From positions 107,880,001 through 107,944,000 of the forward strand of contig OX597814.1 in the NCBI GenBank assembly GCA_951406725.2: a DNA stretch of 64,000 bases, read 5' to 3'. How positions within the stretch are numbered: position 1 is the first letter of the stretch; each line of letters opens with the position of its first letter. The position numbers and the translations under genes are program-made. Under the pieces are notes generated by a model that was not told the origin of the DNA, searched no databases, and was given only the letters and a program-made list of their open reading frames with translations. Shown piece by piece: positions 25,800 through 39,457 of the stretch. The DNA comes from Octopus vulgaris (Eukaryota).

Positions 25800-26249
25800 G
25801 AACACACAGAAAAGAAGGCACCGTGATACCTACCAAACAATTTTAAACTCATTTCTCTTATAATAGGCGAAATATTTCATTAGATGCAAGACACATAACT
25901 GTTTTCCTACTTAAATTAATTTCATGTTTCAGTAACGATGTCACCATGTATGAAATTTTTCATACATGGTGACATTTTACGAGTGATGTAAGAAAGGAAA
26001 AAAGTTTTCAAAAAATTGCAGAAAAGGCACCAATTTTGGAAAATGTGTTCAGGACGGTAGCATCACTTGCTCTGGTCCCCTGTTAGTTACGCTTCTGGGT
26101 CTATATAAGTGTGTGTGTATGTAAGTATGTATGTATATATGTGTGTATGTATGTATGTATGTATGTATGTATGTATGTATGTATGTATGTATGTATATGT
26201 ATATATGCACATATATATATGTGTGTGTGTGTGTATATATATATGTATA

Positions 26250-26344
<95 letters not shown>

Positions 26345-27167
26345 GTATATATATATATATATATAATGGAATAAAAACGCAATGGAGGAGACTAAAACAA
26401 CCGGACAGATAGACGATACAAAGGCGGACAGGAAAAACAACAATCAGAAGGACAGGGATAAAAGGACAGGTCATTCATGGCCTTCTTTCGTCAGTCAAGT
26501 TACCAGATGTCCTTACAGTTTCGGGTAGTTACACTTGAGACTGTTCAATCTGGTTTCTTCATCCCACACCACCCCCAAAAGTCTAAGCTAAGAGCATTAG
26601 ATTTTTTTGTAAGAAAGCTAGCGAATGTGTTCTACAACAAAGACAAAAACACAGAGAACATAGTACGCAATTACAAATACAAACAACAAGAATATAACAA
26701 CAGGTGCCTTTCGACTGAGGATGAATCAAACTGAACTGGCATGTTTATAAAGGCAGAAGGAAGTCTCCCTTCAACTCAGTCGCACTCCTGTGTTTCGGTT
26801 ATATTTTGTGTGTTTTACCTCATAAAGGTCAACAATTGCCTACTCTGAGTAAATACTGACAGACTGTGCCTGATATAAGTAAGTTTATCTTATGTATATA
26901 TTTATATATATTGTTGTATTTCGGGATGGTCATTTTGTTTTTTGCCAAATAAACACAAGCACTATATATTTGTTCTTCTCGTTTATTACTCTTCTTCTTT
27001 TTTAAAATTTCAATTCATGTCCATTGTTCGGAAATTAGTCATCACACATCTGTGACCTCTTCAGTGACACTCTTCATTTTCATGTGTGTTCTCGCTCCAA
27101 TTACTCCATTTTCAGTATATCGCTGGCAGAAGCTGATCTTAGCTATCACTCCCTTGCACAGATGCAC

Positions 27168-27212
27168 GCGGCTGATGAAGAACCAGCTAGCTCGAAACTG
27201 GGTCAGTCCCAC
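27168..27212 (+). ncRNA. type-I hammerhead ribozyme motif, canonical core
   Basis: GCGG-CUGAUGA-A-GA..UC-GAAA-CUG-GGU-CAG-UC|CCAC; 4-bp stem III, GUC cleavage triplet, one mismatch in stem I, weak stem II. Confidence 0.75.
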
Positions 27213-27392
27213 AATCCTGTTAGCTGAAGGAGGTTAGTAGGGTTTCAATCCCCCTGCTAGCGATATATTGTATATAAGGGTGCAGAACATTGCACCGAAA
27301 ACCAGCTGGTGGAGAATCTGCCTGGGGTTAAACTAGTAGTAACATTCACCGGCCACTTTGATGTGGCGATTCACTTTACTGTTTAGTATACG

Positions 27393-27678
27393 TGCTGCTG
27401 GTCTGGCTCCTGTGCAGGTGGTACATAAAAAACACCATTTGAGTGTGGTCGTTGCCAGTAGCACCTGACTGGCCCTCATGCCGGTGGCACGTAAAAGCAC
27501 CCACTACACTTTTGGAGTGGTTGGCGTTAGGAAGGGCATCCAGCTGTAGAATCTCTGCCAGATCAGATTGGAGCCTGGTGCGGCTTTCTGGTTCACCAGA
27601 CCTCAGTCGAATCATCCAACCCATGCTACCGTGGAAAGCGGACGTTAAACGATGATGATGATGATGATGATGATGATG
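27393..27678 (+). mobile_element. family B element, followed directly by a SINE-D fragment (27678-27782)
   Basis: family-B body and (GAT)n tail. Confidence 0.88.
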
Positions 27679-27884
27679 TTCTGAGTTCAAATTCTGCAGA
27701 GGTCGACTTTGCCTTTCATCCTGTCGGGGTTGATAAATTAAGTACCAGTTGTGTACAGGGGTTGATCTAGAGTAGAAAAGAATATAATCTCCGTATTGTT
27801 GCTGATGTTGCTGTCAGAATGCAATTTTGTTATACAAATTTATGATACAATGCAGAATAATGTTTAATTGTAAAAATATAATAG

Positions 27885-28085
27885 AATTACGAAGATGTAC
27901 TTGCATAGCAAGTGACCTAATCTGAGATCATGTGCTGGAAAGAAAACAATTGCAGCATGGAAGGTATTTTTAAGCCATTTAAGAAACACACAAAAACCGT
28001 TAGATTCACTTCAACATTTAAATTTAATTTGCCAAAATATTTTCATCACTTTGAGACCGCGACCCGTTCACTGATAAAATTCCAA
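27885..28085. repeat. dispersed repeat, same family as the 44565-44892 palindrome
   Basis: agatgtacttgcatagcaa.tgac...atctgagat..tgtgctg...taagccatt.aagaa...ccgttag.ttcacttcaacattta shared. Confidence 0.8.
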
Positions 28086-28458
28086 TGCAGCACGGAATTT
28101 TATGATAGAATATTTTTTTATAAACATTGAATGGGTGTGAATGTGCAGTGGGGGTAAAATGGGAATGAAAGGGGTCCAGAGGTAAAAAAAAAAAAAAGAA
28201 TGGTTGAGAACTACTGAGAAATAGAAAAGATTTTAGTCGTCAAAATGGTGTTGCCTTTAAATTTGTATATATCTCTGTGTGTATTGTGTGCGCATGTGTA
28301 CGTGCGTGAGAGAGAGAGAGAAGAGAGAGGGAGAGAGGGGAGAGAGGGGAGAGAGAGAGAGAGAGAGAGTGAGTGTGTTTGTATACATAAAAATAGCATT
28401 TACCAGTTTGTATATACTTTGGTAATTGTTTATATACATGTATACCTACACAAATCCA

Positions 28459-28514
<56 letters not shown>

Positions 28515-28935
28515 ACTTGTCTTATCTCAAAATAATCTGTCAGGACGTTGAACTGCGCTAATTATTTTATTTTGATGGCGACAACATCCCACTTCTCAGA
28601 CAGAGTTTTACTTTTTTCTTTTTCTGTTTTCCTTTTCTACCGAATTAAAATTTCAATTCTGTTCAATTAATAATCTTAGAAAATCTACACCTTTGGGAAA
28701 AATACCCAGTATACAAGAAATCCAAAGTCTGGCGCTACAAAAAAGTAAGTAGGACTTGTTCAAACAATTCCAATGATAAAAAGAAAATAGGCTCCACCCG
28801 GTTTTGTCTTGTTAAATTAAAAGTAAATTGCACCAGAAATGACGATAGTGAAATCCAATAACTTCATAAATATTTGCATCGAAAATATCACAAGGATAAA
28901 TAGCATAAAGGGAATTGGATGTTTGTTGCAGTAGA

Positions 28936-29143
28936 AAGGTGGTGAACTGGCAGAAACGTTAGCGCGCCGGGCGAAATGCTTATTTCGTCTGTCTTTACGT
29001 TCTGAGTTCAAATTCCACCGAAGTCGACTTTGCCTTTCATCCTTTCGGGTTGATAAATTAAGTACCAGTTGCGTACTGGGATCGATGTAATCGACTGGCC
29101 CCCTCCACCAAAATTTCAGGTCTTGTGCCTAGAGTAGAAAAAG
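28936..29143 (+). mobile_element. SINE family D, full length (tail type 1)
   Basis: same diagnostic core as 22518. Confidence 0.9.
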
Positions 29144-30298
29144 AAAGGGGCACAGGAAAATGCAGCCTGATTAAGATCCCCGATCGTATGTGCAAAGTAT
29201 TTTGGCCCATTATAACGCAATGGATATCACCAGGGACGCATTTGATATCCGATCGGTTAGGTTTCTTATATTAGTTTAGGTCAAATATATAGTGGTGAAA
29301 TTGTGGGCCATTCTTTAAAGCTTGCTGACCAAACGATGATGGTCTTGCTTGGGTGTTCATTGGCTGGTTTGTGATGGTGACTGGTTGAGTTGATGAATGA
29401 AAATGTTTGATGGGCTGCGTGTAGAAGTACCTCAACAACACCAACGAACATTTAACAGAAGATTTTATTATTGCACATAAAAACAAACTATGTAGGCCTT
29501 TTACAGATAACAATTCTTATGTTCTGGGAGAGAGATACTGCTTGGAATATACGGCAAACCAACTGATCCAGCAACATGTAACTTGCCCAACATAACTGGA
29601 AACAATGGTGCTATATTCATGGCAGTGGAGGTTCTTGGTCATCAGTCTGAGCCATCTGGAGTGTGGCAAGAATGGAGACACGTCTCATTCGGTAGCCTCG
29701 ACATACTGCAATTAATTACCGCCAAAAGCGGTCTTTTATAGGGTATAAAATGAAGATTCTAGAAGATTAACACATGCAATGGCTTAACGCTGACTGGTTG
29801 TTTAATAAACTGATCACCGGAAAGTATTGTGGTTTGCTTGTGATGTCTGATTGTGTATCCAGGTATTCACTTTCAAAACGTCACTACGACTTCCATTCAC
29901 AGAATATCGAAGAGCATGGATACTGACCAGTAAGAATTTCAGAAGAGAATGTGGAACGAGTGATGCTTTATTAACAACGTATCTTTAAGAGCAAAATAGG
30001 TTCAGAGGTTGTGAAAAAGTTATATGTATGTCCGATATGCAGACAAATATGTGAGAGGAGTGGGTGAGATATTTAATCCTCGTAAACAAGAATTGGTTCA
30101 AATTTGGTAAATAATTGGTTTGGAACAAGGATGTTTATTTAGTATTAGAAATATACTCTTAGATCTGGAGATCTGATGAGTTTCAACTTTATTCTCTTAT
30201 CGTTTCATGTTAAATGAATACAACGAAATTATGTCATCCCAGTAGTTGCACTTCCGGTTTGTATCAATTTACTTTAATTTTTTTTTCTTTCTTTTCAG

Positions 30299-30460
30299 AA
30301 CACCAAACTGCATGCAAAGCATCTTGGTAGACACGGCGTCTCCAAAAGGCCACGAGATAACAGCATGTGTTGGACGTTTTTGACAAAGAAAACCAGTAAA
30401 TAGCATCAAAGGAACTTAGAAACCTCTCTGTACTCTGACATGGAAATAAATGTATAAAAC
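30299..30460 (+). other. candidate non-coding exon
   Basis: strong acceptor ttttttttttctttcttttcag|; donor aac|gtgaga. Confidence 0.4.
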
Positions 30461-30831
30461 GTGAGAGTAAACAACATTTATTGCTCGGATCGTCGGCTTC
30501 AATGAGCTTTTATTTGTAGCTGTCTGCTCACATTGCCAGTTTAAACTGCCTTTATCTTTTGTTTGCACTATAAAAATATTTTCTACAAATCTTTATCGTC
30601 AACATTACTATGGAACATGAGAATTTATGACTGGCCAACTAAACGAATGAATGAATGCAAAAGTCAATGAGATACATAAATAAATGTATAAAGAAATGAA
30701 TTATATCAAATATTATTTGTTAAGAAAAAAAGAACTGTTCGCATTTATCAATTGTGTAACAACCGCGTGATGTATTGATAGAGGTGCAATTCAATAAAAC
30801 GGTTCGAGAAGATACTTGAATGCCATTTATA

Positions 30832-30910
<79 letters not shown>

Positions 30911-31180
30911 TGCATGCACGCACACATTTCCATACACACGAAAGACTGTTAAGAAGAAGCAACGAAAATCCGCCGAAATGACTGTGGCGAAGGAATTCAC
31001 CTTGCAGCCTCAGGGTTTCAGTTTCAGTCCCACCACACGCGGCACATTGGGCAGATGTTTTCTTCAAAAGCCCTGGACTAGCCTATGACTTGTGAGTGAA
31101 TCTGGTGAACGGAAACTGTGTGGAAGCCCATCGAGTATATATATATAAGATCAAAATAAGCAACAGGGTATCAAGTAGTT

Positions 31181-31268
31181 ATGCAGTATGACAGTTTCAA
31201 GCGACTCTATTTAATTGAACAATGCAATCATTACACCAATTTAAATGCAGTGCCATCTTCAGCTGCAC
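31181..31268 (-). ncRNA. degenerate hammerhead motif with long stem II
   Basis: GUGCAG-CUGAAGA-UGGCACU...AGUCGCUU-GAAAC-U-GUC-aua-CUGCAU. Confidence 0.5.
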
Positions 31269-32019
31269 AAATAAATAAATAGAATTTTAACCAGTTGGAC
31301 ACATTGATATAATTTTTAACAGAGCAAGAAGATGGATCAAATTAATATTGTCCCTATTGTAGCCAAGAATACACTACACTTCCAAGAATGGCATGAAACC
31401 CATTGGGGTCATGGCGTTGCAAAGGATTGTAATTCATTTCTAATTCATTTATCTCTTTATCAACTACTAAATCTAAGACTAGGAGACTGTGTCTGTTTTG
31501 AATAAACGACAAGAGTGAGTTGATAGCTCATGGCTACGTATGGTCATAAATATTTGTCATATGTATCCCTTTTCCTCAGGGAGGAAAAATGACATTAGGA
31601 GTAGTCAATTGGATATAGAGTAACTGTCCATAAAAAGAGGCTGGGTAGGGGAATTAACACCCTAGGTTTCTTAGTGTCATGCTCCTTTAACTGGTAGTTA
31701 ACATCATGATTTAAAGTCTTCCCCTAAATACTTTTCCCCCCTATACTTTTAGTTATATTTCTAGTTCATATGTTCTGCTGAATTTTGGAAAGAATATAAG
31801 TGAAACACAAGTGAAAACAGGTTGCAGAGCACTGGACTAAACCTTTGAACGTGGTGCCCCAGCATGGCCGCAGTCCAATGACTGAAACAAGCATTAAAAT
31901 ATAAGAAGAGAGATAAAAGCACAAACAACTGACCAACGATTTACCATTGCTGCTTGTTTGTTTGTTGAGTGAAGCGGACTTCATCCCAGGGTTGTAATGG
32001 GAGAAGTCCAAAACGTAGC

Positions 32020-32308
32020 TATTCGTAAGACTCGCAGAAAGGAAATCAGGTCAACCCCTGACACCGAGAGCATCGACGGATGGATGAATGCGCATCCAGG
32101 CTCAGCGGTTGCATAGGAAGTCAGGGACAAGAAACAGGAAGAAAGAGTGAGAGAAAGTTGGAGCGAAAGAGTACAACAGGGGTCGCCACCACCCCCAGCC
32201 GGAGCCTCTTGGAGTTTTAGGTGTTTTCACTCAATAAACACACAACGCCCAGTCTGGGAATCGAAACCGCGAGTCCGCTGCCCTAACCACTGGGCCATTG
32301 CGCCTCCA
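32020..32308 (-). mobile_element. tRNA-derived SINE (head as in 21785, different tail)
   Basis: minus strand gtggaggcgcaatggcccagtggttagggcagcggactcgcggtttcgattcccagac. Confidence 0.8.
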
Positions 32309-32849
32309 CTACCGTTGCTGCCATTCACATCCAGATAACAGTTATATAATACGATAAAAGAATAATGTTGCAACCCAACGGAACTTCAAATCTAAGTGGA
32401 TTTTTCTGATACTAACAAAACCTCCTTGTTCCAAACCAATTATTTACCAAATGTGAATCAATTCTTCTTTCGAAGGATTAAATATCTCACCCATTCCAGC
32501 AACAGAATTGTTTACTTCTCCCTTCCGACTTCAAAGAACTTTAATACGTAGAAACATACGATTTCTTTTCATCATTTTTGTCGATTTTAAAGGTAAAGAA
32601 ACAAAAACATTGATCGCAAGATTCCTAATTGATTGAACTACACTTTCCTACTTCTTTCTTTCATTCTTTCGTTCTTTCATTCTTTCGTTCTTTCATTCTT
32701 TCGTTCTTTCATTCTTTCTTTTTTATTGTTTCTGCTAAATGTTAATCAAATCAATACGAAAAAGTCAATCGATGCAAATTATTTCTAAAAGAAATCTGCT
32801 TCATTGATACTTCTACCAGAATTCACGTGAGAAAGCAAACATGCTAATA

Positions 32850-33722
32850 TTCATGCATACATACATACATATACATACGTACATGCATGCATACATACAT
32901 ACATATACATACGTACATGCATGCATACATACACGCATACATTCATACATACATTCATACATACATACATTCATACATACATACATACATACATACATAC
33001 ATACATAATACATACATATATACAAACATACATTCATACATACTTAGATACATACATACATACACACATACATACATACATACATACATACATACATGCA
33101 TACATTCCTGCTTACATACATATATACATACATACATACATACATACATACATACACACATTCATACATACTTACATACATTCATACATTCATACATACA
33201 TACATACATACATACATACATACATACATACATTCATACATACACGCATACATACATACATACATATATACATACATACATACTTACATACATACATACA
33301 TACATTCATACATACATACATTCATACATACATACATACATTCATGAATACATACATACACACATTCATACACACATACATACATTCATACATTCATAAA
33401 TACATACATGCATACATACATACATACATACATACATACATACATACATACATACATACATACATACATACATACATACATGCATACATACATACATACA
33501 TACATACATACATACATACATACATACATACATTCATACATACTTAGATACATACATACATACATACATACATACATACATACATACATACATACATACA
33601 TTCATATATACATACATACATTCATACATACATGCATGCATACATACATTCCTGCATACATACATACACACATTCATACATACATACATACATTCATACA
33701 TTCATAAATACATACATACATG

Positions 33723-33753
<31 letters not shown>

Positions 33754-34032
33754 TCATACATACATTCATACATACATACATTCATACATACATACATACA
33801 TTCATACATTCATGAATACATACATACACACATTCATACACACATACATACATTCATAAATACATACATACATACATACATACATACATACATTCATACA
33901 TACATTCATACATACATACATACATACATACATTCATACATACATACATACATTCTTAAATACATACATACATACATACATACATACATACATACATACA
34001 TACATACATACATACATACATACATACATACA
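32850..34032. repeat. ~1.2-kb (CATA)n array with variant units
   Basis: direct reading. Confidence 0.98.
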
Positions 34033-34243
34033 TGCGTGCAGTTGTCTATTAAACTGATGGTAATTCATGCAGTACACGTAGAGGATCAAGAATCCAAAAA
34101 ATAACGTATCTGTTAATTCTCAATATATTTTGCCTGATTCAAACAGGAATATGCTAATTGCTGTTGTTTTCCTTCATCAGAGCGCAATACCTTTTGGTGA
34201 ATCACATGTGTTCATAATATATGGGATTCACCGATGTACGGGG

Positions 34244-34293
34244 ACTTCGAGACACCACAGTTTCGGTCTTTTGTATCTCTTCTCAGTCAAAGT
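34244..34293 (-). ncRNA. degenerate hammerhead motif (family shared with 59016 and 59233)
   Basis: ACUUUGA-CUGAGAA...C-GAAAC-uguggu-GUC|UCGAAGU; 7-bp stem I, poor stem II. Confidence 0.5.
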
Positions 34294-34419
34294 GACCCCA
34301 GACCGATGAATTTAACAAGAGCACGCACTCTTGTTTATAGGAATCAACAAACAAATTATTTGCGGATGCGTTATATTACAGATGAATACACCACTTATAT
34401 ATTACAATAAATAAATAAA

Positions 34420-34670
34420 TGCGCCCTTTTAAAGCCTAGCCAGGTTCATGGGCCCGGTCTCCGGTTTCTATGGCGTATGTGTTCCCCAGCTGGACGGGAT
34501 GCCAGTCCATCGCAGTGTTACTCATTTTTGCCAGTTGAGTGGACTGGAGCAACGTGAAATGAAGTGTTTTGTTCAAGAACACAACGCGTTGCCCGGTCCA
34601 GGAATCGAAACCACAATTTTATGATCATAGTGCTGACACCCTAAACGCTAACTCAACTCACGCGCCTCGA
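34420..34670 (-). mobile_element. tRNA-derived SINE, group-C head with V-domain-like body
   Basis: minus strand ctgcgatggactggcatcccgtccag; related copies at 37958(+) and 61190(-). Confidence 0.78.
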
Positions 34671-35325
34671 CCTATATATTACAATAACATTTCATAATTT
34701 TATCTTTGTGATTATATTCCGCAATATTTTGATCAGGAAATCATACCATAGAACTATATAATAACGTATTTTATATTTTCAATCAAGTTTATAATATCAG
34801 TGCTGAATTCCACAGTCAATATCGTTTCTGTTTCTCTTAGGTATACACTTTTGTGCAATCAAATATTTTGTGGGTATTTCCAGGTACTGTTTACACGTCA
34901 AAACGGCAGCAAATGAAGTGCTAAAAGATCTTATCCAACAGACTCCTTTCTAACTCTCACAATGCCATTTGTCTCAGGTGTAATTGAAGTATGAACACAC
35001 TTCGACAGTTGGTGCTTAACAGATGCAGGTAAACAGCATGATGTGACATTCAAAATCAGTCTGAATTGGTGCTAACCAAAAACATAACTTGGGGAGGGAT
35101 GAGGGGGCGGTCTGCCACGGGTAACGCTTTTAACGGGGCAGCAGTTTGGAGTCAGCTTTGTAAGCTTGTATGGCCTTGGGTACCGAAGGTAGAGTGTGAC
35201 ATAGTCGAGGGTTGTTCCTGGCTCATCCTCCTTTTGATTTAAATATGGGTGGTCTCTATCCTTGTCGATGTGGACACATCTGAAGTCTTCAAGTTTAACA
35301 TCAATAGCCCAGATATCACCTAGAT

Positions 35326-35558
35326 CAGTGGACCCTTTTTATTACTATTTTGCACTAATGGACCCTCATAACCATTCAATGATTAAAAAATTCTATCAGA
35401 ATTTTTATAATTAAATGTTATAAGAAATTGTATTTAAAAAAGTTGTTAAAATATTTTCTGTATTGTAGAAATATCACCAATTTGTTGGAGAAAAATTTTA
35501 ACAGCAAAATATTACGTGGACCCCTGAGGCTCATATGGACCTTGACTGAGAACCCCTG
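35326..35558. mobile_element. hAT-type MITE, second copy of the 21239 family
   Basis: shared interior (tgtattgtagaaa...ttta.cagcaaaat.tta.gtggacccc...catatggacc) and end gagaacccctg. Confidence 0.75.
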
Positions 35559-36326
35559 ACTGAACTGGTTTGTTGGATTTGCTGGTTTTACCATCATGTG
35601 GGGCCTTTATCCATACTCCACCCCTATGTTAGAGATTGTTAGAAAATAGTTTTCATATTTTTGCCAAATATCTTCAAACTGCCAAAAGATATTTTAAATG
35701 CTTCTTTGACAAACACACCTGTAATATGTTATCCAATCAGAGACGATAAAAATCACTCCCTGTGACTTCAGAATGGCAACACAGGATGAAGCCAGGTTGT
35801 CTATGGTTTTCAATGTGGTCTCTGGAAGTTTAACACGTCTAATAGTGTCAATTCAAATGCTTTCTTCTAATACAGCTAGATTGCGACCAAATTCTTCCTG
35901 TGAATGAATGCAATGTGTATATACATGTAATATTTCTATATATGTACTATACATGCAAAGTATGTATAAATATGTATACATATATATATGTTTATGTATA
36001 TGTATGTGTGTGTGTGAATACGTATGCATGCCTGTGTGTGAATATATGTTTGTGTGTGATTGTGTGTGTGTGTGTATGTTGTGCACGTGTGCATGCGCTC
36101 CCACGTATGCACGTATCTGTGTATGTGTATATAAATGGTTATTTGATGCCATCGATTTCTTTAACTGGAATTCTGAATTACTTTCATCTGAAAATACCTC
36201 TGCATCTGCTATACCGATACCAGAACAGTAAGAGTACTTATCGAACATCTACATACATACACACATACATACATATTCACCCACGACCCCACTCTCGCTA
36301 CATTACTATTATTAATAGTGTATGTG

Positions 36327-36358
<32 letters not shown>

Positions 36359-36396
36359 TGTATGTATGTATGTATGTATGTATGTATGTATGTATG

Positions 36397-36431
<35 letters not shown>

Positions 36432-36464
36432 TTGTATGTATATATATATATATGTATGTACGTA

Positions 36465-36518
<54 letters not shown>

Positions 36519-36544
36519 CATGTAGGTGTGTATGTGTGTGTTTG

Positions 36545-36576
<32 letters not shown>

Positions 36577-36680
36577 TACATACATATGCATATATATATA
36601 TAAGCACATATATGAATATATATGTATATATACATACAGACATATATATATACATATATATATGTGTGTATATATATATG

Positions 36681-36716
<36 letters not shown>

Positions 36717-37047
36717 GATACACGTGTGTGTGTATATTGGCCTGCTTCTAGCTAACATGAAGGTTATTGATTGATTGTCTCCAAGAACACTTCACCGATT
36801 CTAGCGAATTAGGAATCTATAAGAGTTTACGTTTCTTCTAATGGCATCGGAATATATGTATATATGTGTGCATGTAAGTGTTTGTGTATAGTTGTGGCTG
36901 CAAGAGTATGGATGTGTGTGTTAACATGAATTAATGTCCATATGCATAAATGTTTGTACGTATGTGAGTGTGTGTGTGTGTATACTGTATGTGTGTGCAT
37001 CAAGGCACACACACACGCACATATATACACACAAACATATATACATA

Positions 37048-37290
37048 CATCATCATCATCAGCATCATCGTTTAACGTCCACTTTCCATACTAGCAGGGG
37101 TTGGACGGTTTAACTGGGGTCTGGGAAGCCCGAAGGCTGTACCAGGCCAGTCAGATCTGGCGGTGTTTCTACAGCTGGATGCCCTTCCTATCGCCAACCA
37201 CTCCGTGAGTGTAGTGGGTGCTTTTTTGTGTGCCACCGACACAGGTGCCAGACGAGGCTGACGAACGGATGGTATTTTTTACGTGCCACC
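37048..37290 (-). mobile_element. family B element
   Basis: catcatcgtttaacgtcc...tacagctggatgcccttccta. Confidence 0.88.
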
Positions 37291-37296
37291 GCACTC

Positions 37297-37918
37297 CCTT
37301 TTACTTGTTTCAGTCATTTGACTGCGGCCATGCTGGAGCACCGCCTTTTAGTCGAGCAAATCGACCCCAGGTCTTATTCTTTGTAAACCTAGTACTTATT
37401 CTATCGGTATCTTTTGCCGAACCGCTAAGTAACGGGGACGTAAACATGCCAGCATCGGTTGTCAAACGATGTTGGGGAGACAAACACAGACACAACAAAC
37501 ACACACACACATATGACCTCATGTGTACCGTTGGCGATTTTTTTCCCTCTGTCTTCCCTTCTCTGGATCTTTCCTTCTCCTATGTTTCCGACGAAGAGCT
37601 CTGCTCGAAACGTTAAACCCTCCTTCTTTCCTTCTTTCCTTCTTTCCTGAGCGTCCAATAATACTATATTTGTTCCACGTCCTCGCGTTGTTGTGTTTTT
37701 TTTGTGCTTTCATGTTTGGATTAACTTTAACTACATATATATATACATATATACGACAGGCTTCTTTCAGTTTCCGTCTACTAAATCCACTCACAAGGCT
37801 TTGGTCGGCCCAAGGCTATAGTAGAAGGCACTTTCCCAAGGTGCCACGCAGTGGGACTGAACCCGGGACAGTGTGGTTGATAAGCAGGCTACTTACCACA
37901 CAGCCACTCCTGCGCCTA
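37297..37918 (-). mobile_element. SINE family A split at its central microsatellite by a ~215-bp hammerhead-bearing cassette (37517-37730)
   Basis: 3' half 37297-37510, 5' half 37752-37918. Confidence 0.88.
37584..37618 (+). ncRNA. 35-nt minimal hammerhead motif, U4C core variant
   Basis: GUUU-CCGACGA-A-GAGC-UCU-GCUC-GAAA-CG-UU|AAAC; perfect stems I and II, palindromic stem III (AACGUU). Confidence 0.78.
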
Positions 37919-37957
37919 TATATATACATATAAAACATACATATACAGATGCATGTG

Positions 37958-38235
37958 AAGATGCGTAGCCCAGTGGTTAGGCATGCTGTACTCATGATCA
38001 TCTGACCGTGGTTTCGATTCCCAGACCGACTGCATGTTGTCTTCTCGAGCAATTCACTTCATCTCATGTTTCTTCAGTCCATTCTGCTGTAAATGGGTTC
38101 ACCCTGCGATGGACTGGTCTTCCAGTCAGAGGGTATGTTGGCATCATTCGAAAGCTAAAACGATGCAAAGTGCTTTGTGACTAGCAATGTATAACAACGG
38201 CTGATAGTCTGGTGGGTCACGTGATCATGTGATAT
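37958..38235 (+). mobile_element. tRNA-derived SINE with V-domain-like motif
   Basis: tagcccagtggttagg...ggtttcgattccc...ctgtaaatggg..caccctgcgatggactgg. Confidence 0.7.
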
Positions 38236-38423
38236 GTACACACAGGCACACACACGAAAACACACACATATCCATGCATTTATGGGTAGGTGTACTTACT
38301 TAAATTAGTCTGTATGTATACCACTGTTTGTATCTATGTATGTGTGTATATATATACACACATTATCAACCACATATTTAATGTATATGGTTCTTGTGTG
38401 TACACACACACACATATTCTTTT

Positions 38424-38800
38424 ATTATTTCATTTGTTTCAGTCATTTGACTGTGGCCATGCTGGAGCACCACCTTTAATCGAACAAATCAATCCCAGAA
38501 CTTATTCTTTGTAAGCCTAGTGCTTATTCTATCAGTTCTTTGTCGAACCGCTAAGTTACGGAGACATAAACACTCCAGTATCAGTTGTCAAGCGATGGTG
38601 GAGGGACAAACACAGGCACACAAACACACACACAGAGATATATATGCAACGAGCTTCTTTCAGTTTCCGCCTACTAAATCCACTCACAAGGCTTTGGTCA
38701 GCCTGAGGATATAGTAGGGTTGCCTAAGGTACCACACCGTGGAACTGAACCCAGAATCATGTGGTTGGTAAGCAAGGTTCTTACCACACAGCCACGCCTG
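38424..38800 (-). mobile_element. SINE family A, full length
   Basis: tail-to-head reverse complement of the family consensus. Confidence 0.9.
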
Positions 38801-39005
38801 CATACATATTTATATTATTTATTATATATACAATAATGCTTCAAGTATCGTGGGTGTTACGTTCTAAAAAATCCTGTTTTGGTGAAAATCTGCAAAGTAG
38901 AAACACTACTGTACTGTGTATCTTTTTATTATTATTTTTATAATTTGTATATATATATTTTATTATAAATGCAAAACAACACCACGGAGGAATCGATGTA
39001 AGCTT

Positions 39006-39374
39006 AAACAAGAGCACTGAGAGAGTGCAAACCTCTGCCTAAACAACACTAATGTCCTCTCAATGATTAGCCAGAGACGATTTTTAAAATGAAAATTTCT
39101 GAAATAAACTTGACTGCTCTCACAAACGAGAATACTAAGAATGAATCCGACCGCGCTCAAAAATTTTAGTAAAAAACCAAAAAGATAATCCAGAATCCTT
39201 GTCCAGTACCAGATCGATCCCCAAATCCGAGCAGTTTGTGCCTTTTACAAGGCCAAACATCCCTGAAATTTCATCCAAATCCACCCAGCAGTTCTTGAGA
39301 TATGTTGACCATGGACAAACAAACAAACACGACTGAAAACAATACTTCCACCTTTGCTAAAGTGGAGGTAATAA
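39006..39374 (-). mobile_element. Helentron-associated non-autonomous element (HINE/DINE-1-like)
   Basis: minus strand starts ttattacctccac...ggtggaag, has (gttt)n and ggatttggatgaaattt, and ends ggcagaggtttgcactctctcagtgctcttgttt (subTIR plus 3' hairpin). Confidence 0.75.
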
Positions 39375-39417
39375 TAAACTGCAATAGGTGAACCATGATA
39401 GGGTGAGGGATTACTGT

Positions 39418-39457
<40 letters not shown>

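Larger units (their letters stand above)
30057..32497. repeat. long-range inverted repeat, arms 30057-30203 and 32351-32497
   Basis: tgggtgagatatttaatcct...atttggtaaataattggtttggaacaagga at 30061 is reverse-complementary to 32424-32493; similarity continues to ...ttattct.ttatcgt. Confidence 0.9.
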
